Below are positions 1 to 10,990 of a stretch of DNA of 59,695 bases, one piece after another. The DNA lies in assembly GCA_034780895.1 (NCBI GenBank), contig JAUZTB010000085.1, positions 3,248,600-3,308,294 on the forward strand. Reading direction: 5' to 3'. The notes below the pieces were generated by a model. The model saw only the letters and a program-made list of their open reading frames with translations. It searched no databases and was not told where the DNA came from. Numbering within the stretch: the stretch's first letter is position 1; each line of letters opens with the position of its first letter. Position numbers and translations under genes: made by a program. The stretch is from Rhynchobatus australiae. Its lineage: Eukaryota.

Positions 1-630
1 GGGAGTGTGTGACGGGACGGTGCGGAGGGAGCCTCACCCTGTGTCTGACCCCGGGAGTGTGTGACGGGACGGTGTGGGGGGAGCTTCACTGTCCGTCTGA
101 ACCCGGGAGTGTGTGACGGGATGGCGCGGAGGGAGCTTCACTGTCTGTCTGACCTCAGGAGTGTGTGACAGGATGGTGCAGGGTGGCTGAGTCCAGGACA
201 AGAGGGCACAGTCTTAGAATTAGAGGGTACCCATTTAGAACAGATGAAGCGAAATTTCTTTAGCCAGAGGGTGGTGGATTTATGGAATTCGTTGCCACGC
301 ACGGCTGTGGAGGCCTGATCATTGGGGGTGATTAAGGAGGAGATTGATAGTTATCTGATTAGTCGGGGTATGACGGGATATGTGGAAAAGGCTTGGAATT
401 GGGTCTAGAAGGGAGAATAGTTTAGCTCATGGTGAAGTGATGGGGTAGATTCGATGCGTCGAATGGCCTACTTTTGCTCCTTTATCTTGTGATCTTGTGA
501 TGTTGTGTGGCAGTGTGTGATGGTGCAGAGGGAGCTTCACTGTGTGTCTGAGCCCGGGAGTGTATGATGGGACGGTGTGGAGGGAGCTTCACTGTGCGTC
601 TGACCCCAGGAGTGTATGATGCGACGGTGT
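1..630 (+). repeat. ~52-bp tandem satellite (GGGAGTGTGTGAYGGGACGGTGYGGAGGGAGCTTCACTGTGTGTCTGACCCC), interrupted by a CR1 3' fragment
   Basis: Units start at 1, 53, 105 and 157; the array resumes at ~510-630 after the CR1 insert. Confidence 0.9.
185..500 (+). mobile_element. CR1-type LINE 3' end inserted in the satellite
   Basis: ACAAGAGGGCACAGTCTTAGAATTAG...CAGAGGGTGGTGG...TGGAATTC (TRGH.L.I / QRVV..WN C-terminus of CR1 ORF2), ending in an (ATCTTGTG)2 tail. Confidence 0.8.
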
Positions 631-885
631 ACATTGCACATGGAACATTACAGCACAGTACAGGCCCTTCGGCCCGCAATGTTGTGACGACATTTTACCC
701 TGCTCTGAGATCTCTCTAACCCTTCCCTCCCACATCACCCTCCATTTCTCCATCATTTGTGTCTATCTAAGAGTCTTCTAAATGTCCTTAATGCATCTGC
801 CCCCACAACCTCTGCACCCTCTCTAAAGCTTCCACATCCTTCCTATAATGAGGTGACCAGAACTGAACACAATACTCCAAGTGCG
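631..885 (-). mobile_element. CR1-type LINE 3' fragment
   Basis: Reverse complement of the CR1 3' UTR (GAACATTACAGCACAGTACAGGCCCTTCGGCCC) and CCAGAACTGAACACAATACTCCAAGTG ([11 protein letters not shown] on the minus strand). Confidence 0.8.
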
Positions 886-1097
886 NNNNNNNNNNNNNNN
901 NNNNNNNNNNNNNNNNNNNNNNNNNNNNNNNNNNNNNNNNNNNNNNNNNNNNNNNNNNNNNNNNNNNNNNNNNNNNNNNNNNNNNCACCCCACACTTTGC
1001 AGACCCCAGCAATTTTCCCTTGGACACCTCTGCCCATCCACTGAATAAATTGTTTGAGTCACGACCTCAGTCCCAACATTGACAGTGTGAAGCTCAC

Positions 1098-1140
1098 CTC
1101 ATCCTTCGCCTGGAACAGGTCCTCACTGCCGTCATTTGTC
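1098..1140 (-). CDS. Candidate isolated 43-bp internal exon of an unidentified gene (xTNDGSEDLFQAKDE)
   Basis: Pyrimidine-rich acceptor CTCCTTTTCGTTGTGACAG, donor GAG|GTGAGC, open frame. No homology recognised. Confidence 0.35.
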
Positions 1141-1589
1141 CTGTCACAACGAAAAGGAGTCTTAAAGACAAGAAGAAATGGATCACTTCAAATGTGGAAC
1201 TAAACATGTTTCTTAAACCATTCAGTGCTATTGTCTGTCCAAATCAACTCTCACTTGTTCGAGAATTACTGGAAATGTAATGAAGCAATGTTCTGAAGAT
1301 GTTGAGCATTTTACAGCATCTACAAAGCTTTGTCTTCAGTGTTTCAGTATTTAGATTCTAAAATGTCACCTGTTCCAACAGATACATCGGTGAGCAACAG
1401 TAACGATGGAAGGTGAAGATGGAATTTGTTTGCAGTTCTGGAGAAATCAAGAGGTGCAGATAGGTATTTTTCTTTATCTTTTTATTGGCTTTTATGTGTG
1501 GTATTTAGTTTTTATTAGGACTGTATTTTACTTGGGTTAGAATTTTTATTGGTACTTTATTAAGGTTTTTTTTAGTTTTTACTGGTTGA

Positions 1590-2414
1590 GTGGGGGCTGG
1601 ACTGCGCAGGCGCGGCGCGCAAGTTTAAAAAAGCAAACAGCCGAGAGAGCGGGCAGTGACGGAGCGGGCAGTTTAAAAAGCGGGCAGCCTATACAGCGGG
1701 CAGCAGCGTAGCGGGCATTGGAGTGAGAGGCAGCAGAGATTTCGGGCTTTGGCTCAAGGGGCTTCAGAAAGAAGAGGCTGAGGAAGAGTTGACACCCAGA
1801 GGGGTAAGGCCAGCAAGTTCCTTTCAGTTAATTAAAGTCGGATTAGGTAATGAAGGCAGCAGCGCGGGCCGTTGTGTGCTCCGAATGCAGTATTTGGGAA
1901 GTCAGGGCAGCACGCTTGTCCCTGATTACCACACCTGTAAAAGGTGTATCCAGCTGCAGCTCGTGACAAACCGAGTTAGGCAACTAGAGCTGGAGCTGCA
2001 TGAACTTCGGATCATTCGGGAGGTAGAGGCTGACATAGATAGGAGTTTCAGGGAGATGGTCACCCCTAAAAGTCAGGAGGCAGGTAGCTGGGTGACTGTC
2101 AGGAAAGGTAAGGGGATTATACAGAGCACCCCTGTGGCAGTTCCCATCAACAATGTGTACCGTTTTGGGTACAGTTGGTGGGACGACCTACCAGGGACAA
2201 GTTGTAGTGGGCAAGTCTCTGGCACCGAGGCGGGACCCTCATCTCAGAAAGGAGGGAGGGTAAAGAGGAGAGCAGTAGTGATAGGGGATTCAATAGTTAG
2301 AAGATTCTGTGGGAGAGATCTAGAATCCCGGATGGGTTGTTGCCTCCCTGGTGCCAGGGTCCGTGATATCTCAGATCGAGTTCTCGATATTCTCAGGAGG
2401 GAGGGTGAGCAGCC
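1590..2414 (+). mobile_element. CR1 LINE 5' end and ORF1 (Zn-finger/coiled-coil plus SGNH esterase domain), cut off by a gap
   Basis: ORF 1723: CKRC...LELELHELRIIRE coiled coil, WVTVRKG, VVIGDSIVR and CCLPGARVRDI esterase motifs. GC-rich leader with repeated AGCGGGCA. Confidence 0.88.
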
Positions 2415-2514
2415 NNNNNNNNNNNNNNNNNNNNNNNNNNNNNNNNNNNNNNNNNNNNNNNNNNNNNNNNNNNNNNNNNNNNNNNNNNNNNNNNNNNNNN
2501 NNNNNNNNNNNNNN

Positions 2515-2519
2515 GAGAC

Positions 2520-2575
<56 letters not shown>
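2515..2575. repeat. (GA)n microsatellite
   Basis: Direct sequence. Confidence 0.97.
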
Positions 2576-2578
<3 letters not shown>

Positions 2579-2579
2579 A

Positions 2580-3035
2580 AATAAGTGAAGTGCTGGGGAA
2601 TAGCGAAAGGTGGTCCACTTGACGAGGGGTTAATTTGCAGACCAGTTCAGCTGAGGGCAGGAAGTGTGTAAATTGCGAAATGGTCTGGGATGTGATACAT
2701 GGAGGCAAGGAAGGACTGCAGATGATGGAGTGTGAGAGGAGAGGAAGGTGAAGCGTCGGACCATGTAAAATGAATGGTGGACAGACGAGAGAAGTGAGTA
2801 GGGAACAGATTTCGATCAGCTGTAATCTTAATAAACGTTGAGGTGGATATAAGAAATGAGCAACGATCATTCTGCCAGAGGAGCTCATTAGGTCGAGCAG
2901 CATCAGTGATAGGGGAAAGAATTGTCGACGTTTCGTGTCGAAACGGCGCACTTCCAATGCTCGATCCGTTGATCTGCTCCAGCAGATTATTTGTTGCTCC
3001 GGATTCCAGTATCTATAGTCACTTGTGTCTCACTT
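2580..3035 (-). mobile_element. Penelope-like-element-derived fragment with an inverted terminal segment
   Basis: Purine-rich tract, then GTCGAGCAGCATC...GTCGACGTTTCG|CGAAACG...ATGCTCGA...CTCCAGCAGATT, the same family as 15200-15335 and 38170-38370. Confidence 0.55.
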
Positions 3036-3305
3036 AATAACCGCGTTACGTGCTCTGGCTCTTGCATTGCGGGCCACCCTGACATTTTCGAGACCAGGAA
3101 CAAACATAACATTTCGTTAGTGTTCAGCTCTACTCTTTATTAAAGATATTTGATAAGCACTTCGGACGGCTTCTGTAGTCAGAGCTAATATCACAGCAAC
3201 TTTCCTGCCATTCTGAACGAGACTCTTCACACCATCGAATGGGGAGTGGTACTTATGAACAAAAAGCAGAATGCAGTTCCGATTTTTGGAGCTCTCCAAC
3301 TCTAC

Positions 3306-4332
3306 CTACGGTTTCACCAATTTTGCTATTAGATTGAAGGGATATGTCAGCCCGTTCCTCAACTCCTCCCTGAATTTTCTCTGGGTAAGGATGTAAATAC
3401 ACGTGTTGGTACAGGAGCTGAGAACTTGCAGCATAATTCCGGTTGTTTGCGTGATATAATTTGGGTCAGAATAACTATACATTCTCAGGTCGACTATTCG
3501 TCTATAAANNNNNNNNNNNNNNNNNNNNNNNNNNNNNNNNNNNNNNNNNNNNNNNNNNNNNNNNNNNNNNNNNNNNNNNNNNNNNNNNNNNNNNNNNNNN
3601 NNNNNNNNCTCAGGTCGACTATTCGTCTATAAATGTTGAAGACAACTTTTGTCGTCCATAACAATACGAAACTGCCGGTTATACTAAATAGCAAAATAAT
3701 GGATTTAATTCGATTCGCCATTTCCGTGTCTTTGTCATTCTCTCCGTCGCTCCGTCCCCGGAGTCCCCTGCGGACTTTACTAGCCGCTAAAATACGTCTG
3801 ACAGTCAGGGCATTCAGCAGCAATATCAGAACGAACGGGACGAAAGGGGTTAAAATACGATCAATCAAGTCAAATGCGACCCAAACCGGTGAGGTGAAGA
3901 AGGTTATTTTTACAACACATTCCCAGGGAACGCCATGAATAAACCGGCCTTGTCTGTACACAAAGTACCAAGGTGCAGAGAACAAACATCCCAGCGCACT
4001 CACTGTCCCGATAACCACAGCCGCTGTTTTCTCGGTGCAATATTTCGGTTTTAGTTTGTCATAGGAAATGGCTACAAATCGGTCAAAGGTGAAAGCGACA
4101 GTCAGCCACACAGAAATATTCGTGGCCGCAACAAGCAGGACGATAATGAAACTGCAGACCGGAGTGATGTGCAGGAATGAATCTGGAAAATAGAACCGAC
4201 CAGTCCGCCTCAGTAATGGATCGGTGAGGACCACCATGAGATCGGACACGGCCATGGCCACCAGGTAGCGACTGACACATTTAGAGAGGCCGCACTTTCC
4301 CCGGCACAGGATCACAATCGCCAGCAGGTTAA
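3306..4332 (-). CDS. GPR139-like: GPR139/GPR142-like class A GPCR paralog 1, exon 2 (TM1 C-half to stop)
   Basis: Acceptor CTTACAG|TTAAC at 4333/4332. Motifs AMAVSDL, TPVC, SVWLTVAFTFDRFVAI, APWYF, LTPFVPF, SSCTNTCIY; TAG at 3308-3306. The gap flanks share 25 identical bp (3484-3508 = 3609-3633); merging them gives a 902-nt exon and an intact 323-aa protein. Confidence 0.92.
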
Positions 4333-5799
4333 CTGTAAGTTCGGAGAAAAGGAAGTAGATAAATAGTCATTTGACAGAAAGACAGACTAGCAGATTGGCA
4401 GGATCTGTGGGAGGTTTCTACACTCTTTGCTGTGCTGTACAAGGAACCCTTGTCCGTTAACTACTGTTGGAACAGAGGCGAATTTCTTTGAAATTAACTT
4501 AGCAGTGAGTTATCAAGTGCTTACAGAAGGTAACTCAAGTAAGATTGCTTTCCAGACGAAGGTCCGAGAAAGGACGATAACACAGACGGGAAAGGAAGGG
4601 TCATTCAGAGAGGAATGCAAAGCGTTAAGCCCAGATTTGGTCATTACAACTATCTGTGGAAAAAAGGGTATGGGGGAGACGGAGTTTACCAGTGGGACAC
4701 TGCAGCAGAGTGTATTGCCGAACATAATTTGCAGAACCCAGTACTGCGATCGAACTAATACCTTCCACAGTTTAATGGGGGACTTCATGCGAAGACCCAC
4801 AGACGAACATAATGTATGCAATGAATTTATTCTCTGCATGCATGCAAATTTTAGTTGGAATATTAGGAGGAATATAACCATTCGTATTGAATAGTGCAGC
4901 CGTAAATGCTTGTTTGAACAGAGATTCCTACATTACATTGAAGTACAGCCTTATATATGGCAATTAACATTCAGGCTTCAAGGTGTCTAGGCATCACAAA
5001 CTCCAACAAGTGCGGAGCTACCTTGACATTGAATGGCATTAGCTCACCCTGTTCTGAAAGATCAATGTGGTGGGGGCCAACATTCTCCTGAATAGAACTA
5101 CAGCTGTCGGATAAATGTTGTTGCTGCAAGAGAAGGTTCTGGGCTTGGCAAGAGAATGACTCAGTGACACATTAACGACTGTCCACCATCAACAGGGCAC
5201 ACCTCACAGACGTGATTGAATACATTTCGGGTTACTAGTGATTGCATTTCAAACACACTGAAAAAGCTTGGAAAATGTAGCTGAGAGACAAATTGTTCAG
5301 CACTAAATCCGTTGCCTGCAACATTTTCTCTCCCATTTTCAGCGGAAACTGCCTGTAGTGAGAACGTGTTTACTCGCCCAGACCACACAACCAAGACTTC
5401 TCGCACGCCCAAGCCCTGTCACCAAGAAGGAGAATGACTTCCGAGCAAGGTTGCACCTGCCTTTTCACGCTGGGCAGTCCTGACACGGAAATACAAGCCG
5501 CCTGTCTCATTCTTGGAAATTCCTCCCAAAATTAAACGTTCCTGCCGTTCTATAACAACGGCATTAATTCATAAAAATGCGTTTCCTTTTCTTCTCAATG
5601 AATCTCAAAGATGGGGAGCAACTGTCCACTCCTCAAATGTGAATTAAAAAATAAAAATGCTGCAAAACCCTAACCATTCAGTATCTTTGAAAGGAGAAAC
5701 TGGTTACGCTTTAAATACAGATTCTTCGCTTCCAGCTCTTGACCCAAACATGTAACATCAGTTCCTCCGCGCAAGGACACATTCCGTTCCAATACCAAA

Positions 5800-6063
5800 G
5801 TTTCTTGAACAAAAAAAAAACGTACTACTAGAAGTCAGAATTGAACCTCTATAACTGAACAAAGCTTTGTGTGGAAACAGTCAACGCCAAGAAAAAAAAT
5901 ATCTGTGTATCCACGGAATTAACACTGAGTCTCACAGTTTCTTGAACAAAGAAACGTAACTACTAGAAATTGAACCGCTGTAACTGAACAGAGTTTTGTG
6001 GGAAACAGTCAAAGCCAAGAAAAAAGTAACTGTGTATCCATGGAATTAACACTGAGCCCCACC
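5800..6063. repeat. Diverged tandem duplication of a ~130-137-bp unit inside the GPCR 1 intron
   Basis: GTTTCTTGAACAAA...GGAATTAACACTGAG occurs at 5800-5936 and again at 5937-~6063. Confidence 0.88.
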
Positions 6064-6088
6064 ATTTACCTTCAAAGGAGCAACTTAC

Positions 6089-6158
6089 TGGGAACTCCAA
6101 CCGCTGAAATAGCCGGATAATAAATACGTTGGACGCGTAGAATTATCGGTGTTCCCAT
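6089..6158 (-). CDS. GPR139-like: GPR139-like paralog 1, coding exon 1 (MGTPIILRVQRIYYPAISAVGVP)
   Basis: ATG at 6158, 70 nt, donor A|GTAAGT. The phase-1 join to exon 2 gives ...GVP-I-NLLAIVIL, matching the GPR139 pattern YY...GLPANILTVIIL. Confidence 0.9.
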
Positions 6159-6234
6159 AATTGGAGGAAGCAGTGAATTCCCAACGCTCAACTTCCATAT
6201 GCACTCTGATCAACTGCTTTACAAGGGTTCCTGC

Positions 6235-6240
6235 TTTATA
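6235..6240 (-). promoter_or_regulatory. Putative TATA box of GPCR 1
   Basis: TATAAA ~80 nt upstream of the ATG; position and flanks resemble those of paralogs 2 and 3. Confidence 0.55.
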
Positions 6241-9200
6241 AAGGGATGTCGACTCGCATCAGAATATCATTCGTCGTTGATCTTTACACAGACGTCAACA
6301 ATCACATTATTTCAAGAACATTGACCCTGGTAATAATAAAGCCGTAAGTTGAAAATAAATATCCCATAAATGTGCCGATGATGTCAGCCAAAAATTTCCC
6401 TCATGGATGGAGAACATGGATGGTACATAATTAATACATTGATAATAGAACGTTTATTTTACCATCAGCTTCTCTGCTCCGTAGAAAGCTTGCGCCACAC
6501 CTCGCTAATGGTTCACATAAAACGACGAGAGTAGAAATGATCTATTTGATCTCCTTGCTATTGCGACCGCCGATGCAGTGGAGCTATTTTAAAATATTGC
6601 AATTGCCAGTTGAACACAGTTGCAGTGCAGTGAGTTTCCCGGTTCCGATCAAAGGAGTTCCTTCAATATTCAACGAATACACTTCGCATCTTCGAATATA
6701 TCTCACAGACCTGGGGATTTTCTTCCATGCTCGCAGAACTGCTCCCTGAATTAGCAAAGACATGACGAGGAAAAATAATCAATAATGCTGAAAATAAGTC
6801 ATGATATCAGTAATTTTTTTTGGGATGGATGGCGAGGGATTGGGTTCAGAGGTTACGTCTTTGATTAAAATCCTGTCTTTAGAAGTGATATCCTCAAGAA
6901 CCTAAACACGTTAATGTTAGAGATGAAGGGCATGGGCTGGAAAGAGGTAGTTTCTGGATCTGGTGTACACCAAGGTATTATCTGACATAAAGGTCGATTT
7001 TCCATCTCAATATTTATATCCACGGGAGCTGTAAATAGAAGGAGTTTAAGTGTAGCAGAGACAAGCGAAAATCTAGGCGGGGAATGCGTGAAGGAATTGG
7101 CAAATTTTAATAAACAGGAATTAAACAGGGAATGATGAATATACTCAATAGGCCACGCATTACCTGCCGAAACATGGAACAAATCAGTGTTATAGGTAGA
7201 TCGATCATATTTAAGAAGAACGTTGGAACGTAGGTGCAAGGGCCAGCGGATTCTCTTTCAAGCAGGAAAACACAAGCGGCACGAATTGATTCTGAAACAA
7301 ATAGCTCCAGACAACTTTTGTTTCCAGATTGAATGAGAGATGGCCAGTTGTGTGAAGGGTCATTAGCCCGTAAGCAAAAGGTGTTCGCATTTGTGTTTCA
7401 GATGCCAGAATAAAAGGAAACTAAGGGAATATGTTTCTCCTGATGGGAGAAACGTGAACAGCAGGCATATCAGAAACTCGGGATGACATCACAAAGGGAA
7501 AAAAGAACTGGTGCAAATGTTCATCCAATGTGGCCGTGCCAGGTGATAACTTCAATGCAAAGATTTTCTTTGGTTATTTGGACTTAGATTCCCATCTTGA
7601 ATTACAGCCGTGAGGGTGTTGATACCCCCACCTATTGCCTGTGAATGCTAGATTAGACGGCTGTCTACTTTTTTTTTAGTTGTACTTGAAAAGGCGTTAA
7701 CGAGGCTCTACCGATCTGTGTGCATCGTCGTTGCCCTGGAGCACATGGTGGTGAAACGACTTCACTTGTGTGTGTAACCGTTCGAAGGCTTTTAGGGCAC
7801 TGTCTCTGTTGAATCATCAACTCTAAACCTTTTAAGAAGCTGTCGGAGAGGCATTATTCTCTGGCTGTCCATTTTTGGAAGAATCATGAAGAAACGGTGT
7901 ATACAGGACCTGCCTCCCTTCCTGTGAATGCAATCACATGGTCTTGCTTGGTCCAGCGTTCCAGGGTCGTTAATACTTAGCCGTGCTCTGTGTAGCAACC
8001 TTAAATTTCATTTTGTGAGGTGATACGAATGGATTTCAATAATATGAAATTGTTAGCGAAATTCAAGAAACGTGTGTCTCCAGCCAACGGAGAGATTTTC
8101 ATTTCAGATTATTTGATCCCTTTAAACCCAGTGCAGTCAAGTGCGCCTCAGTGCAACGAGCACTCACTCTGAGACATACGTAGTTCCAGAAGCATTTAGC
8201 ACTATTTCGTTGCTGTAGCGCCCTTTGACCTATTGTATAAAAGCGAGTTCCCCACATGCTTCATTGATATTTATAGCACCTGGCCGCNNNNNNNNNNNNN
8301 NNNNNNNNNNNNNNNNNNGTTTTAGAATTTAGATAGTCTTCATTTCTGATCCCCGCCCCCCAATAAATTATTACTGCGGCCCTCCATGCGTGGGGTTTCA
8401 TCCATCATGCCTCTGCCATTCAATTCATTTGCATGCACTTCCCTCATGACGGAGAGATCTCTGCTTACGATGACTGTACATACAGATATCGCCAATGTCA
8501 GAATCGTACTGTCTTAAATGACGTGAAATTAAACGTTTTTCGGCAGCGGTACAGTGAAAAGACATAAAAATAGTATTCATACCAAAAATAAATAGTGCAA
8601 AAAGAAGTAATAACGATATTATGGTCATGGGTTCATGGACCGTTCAGAAATCTGATGGCGGAGGAGAAGTTCATATTTACAATTCACTGATACTATAACT
8701 CTCTAATATTTATGAGCAACAGTATTACTGAATATAAAGTGTCGCCTCTGCATATCTTCACCTTCATCCGAACATACGTCTGCTACTCTGAAGCAATTGC
8801 CACTTCACTGAATCATAATTTTTACACAGCTTTTGGCCGTTATCTGAAGGAAAAGATCAGTTGAACGACAGTACCATGTTCAAGAGAGGAATGTTAATTG
8901 CATATGTACCTTGTACACACTTTCGTACTGCCCACTGCAACTTCTAACATGAAGATTGATGAAGAGCCTTTAAGAAAACCTGAATCAGAGAGTTACTGTT
9001 CACTGACACCACAGAGACACAGAGAAATGGTATTGTTCTTTCCCCTCAAGCTGATGGAGCAATCATTATTATTTAATCAATAAATTAGCTGTCGAGATAC
9101 TTGTCAAAACATTGTAAAATATGCGAAAAAATCATAAATGACTTGAATGAAAATGTTGATAGATAGCTGGTTTAGTTCGTAGGCAACATAATTATTGGTG

Positions 9201-9349
9201 GAGATGTCGCTGCTGTATGTCACAAACAACTGATCGTGGTCCTCAATCCACAATATCACTCTTCCGCTACTATCCTCTGTCTCTATGCAAAAGCCAATTC
9301 TAAATCGAAATGACCAAGTGACAGTGGATAACACACATTATGCATCAAC

Positions 9350-10060
9350 ACACAATGGACTTTGTCAAATGCCTGACTAATATCCATGTAGAAATCATCA
9401 ATTGCCCGAATCTCATCAATCACCTGATTGAAATTCTTGTCTTACGTTTGTAAGACATGACTTGCTCCACACAAATCCACACTGACTGTTCACAATCAAT
9501 CCATGTTTTTACCCAAATTTGCTTAAATTGACGCCTAAGAATCATATGCAGTCCCTTACCTGACACTGAAGCGAGGCTAGCTGGGTTAGAATTTCCGGGA
9601 TAATCTTTATTTCACTTCTTGAACAAAGGAACAACATCGGCTACAGTCCACTCGCCCGCGACTTCGCCTGTTGCTAGGAGAAAACATAGTTATTCAAGAC
9701 CTCTTTTTTCCCATTTCAAAAACCTGGCACCTCTTCAACCTGACCCCGTGTACTTATCCACCGTGATGCTCTTCCAAACTCTCTGTACCACTTGATCTCA
9801 TAATGGACTAGCATATTAGCATGCACCACACCAATCTCACTTGTCTCCATGTGCTTCCACTTGGTGAATTCCATCGCAATGTACTTATTTAGCACCTCAC
9901 CCACATTCACTAACTCCAAGCATCAGTGGCTCGACCCTCTCCGTAGCTTACCAAGTATTTTTAATGTAAGTAAAGCATCCCCTGGGATTCTGCTTAATGC
10001 TACTTTCAAACGAAATTTCACGGCCACTTTTGGCTTTCCTGATACCCTGTTTGATCTGCC
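9350..10060 (-). mobile_element. Degenerate CR1 ORF2 (RT) fragment
   Basis: Minus strand encodes YMDISQAFDKV, SQCGFVWSKSCLTN and VGEVLNKY-type CR1 motifs. Confidence 0.75.
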
Positions 10061-10373
10061 AAGAACCTTGTATTTAAGAGTTAAGTTTGAATTCCTCATG
10101 TAGAGCTTTATTACCCTCTAACAAAGAGTAATACATTTTAATGAATTATTGCTTGATGCTAATGAGCTTCGTCTCTCATAATGAGTACTGCAGATGTTAC
10201 CTCAAGGCTGCAACTCCCACCAATTTCTGATTTGTATTTCCAGTGTTTCTCATTGTGCCAACAAATTATGCAATTTCAATGTCATTGATTTAAGGCTCTT
10301 GATTTGTTTTGCTTTCTATTTCTAAGCAATTGAACGTGTCATTTTGAAACTGTTATCACTTATCATTTCACAG

Positions 10374-10525
10374 AGTAAAATTAAGAAACGTTCCTGGGTC
10401 CTACACGAATGTGTGGAAAGAGTGCCTGAAAATGTTGATGCAGCCAGAGAGTTGCTTCAATATGGACTGAAAGGCACTGACCTGGAGGCACTTATTGCTA
10501 TAGGAAAAAGAGAAGATAGAGGCAG
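10374..10525 (+). CDS. NBAS: Single internal exon of NBAS (neuroblastoma-amplified sequence, NRZ tethering complex subunit)
   Basis: CACAG|AGT...GGCAG|GTTTGT, 152 nt, encoding SKIKKRSWVLHECVERVPENVDAARELLQYGLKGTDLEALIAIGKREDRG(R), near-identical to the vertebrate NBAS segment as I recall it. Confidence 0.9.
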
Positions 10526-10707
10526 GTTTGTCAGTTCATTTTTAGAACTGTATAACTTTCTCCTTCCTCTTCCCCACCCATATGTGTTGCGCAACCTTTT
10601 ATTATCTNNNNNNNNNNNNNNNNNNNNNNNNNNNNNNNNNNNNNNNNNNNNNNNNNNNNNNNNNNNNNNNNNNNNNNNNNNNNNNNNNNNNNNNNNNNNN
10701 NNNNNNN

Positions 10708-10990
10708 CTGGGTTATAAAAGTGACCATTGCGCTTGCTTAATGAAATGAATGAATATTACCTCTACACCCCTGATTACGAAACTATGAATTACCATGCAC
10801 ATGCGATGTATGATTTGGGAGGTCCTGGGGGTAGTCCAGGAAGACGGTGCACCTCAGTGCTCTGATTGGAAGAGAGCCAGAGGGGAGTATGTGTCTTTAT
10901 CTTTGCTGTGTATAAAGGAAAGGGATTCCCCTTCCCTCGGTGTGTCTCAAGAGAGAGAGGCACCCGACTCTGCTGACTCGTAAATAAATG
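10708..10990 (+). mobile_element. Probable LTR fragment (U3-R part)
   Basis: Reverse CCAAT (10865), TATAAA (10911) and AATAAA (10983) in LTR-like order and spacing; termini not seen. Confidence 0.4.

Noticed and set aside
1-630. Regularly spaced repeats resembling a CRISPR array
   Set aside because: Head-to-tail 52-bp satellite with no unique spacers, no cas genes, and a eukaryotic context
3633-3938. Similar antisense ORFs opposite the GPCRs (3633-3938, 16770-17033, 47461-47661)
   Set aside because: Shadow frames caused by conservation of the sense-strand codons
4427-4894. 155-aa plus-strand ORF with an overlapping 122-aa minus-strand ORF in the GPCR 1 intron
   Set aside because: No recognisable domain, and the sequence looks like decayed repeat; probably chance ORFs
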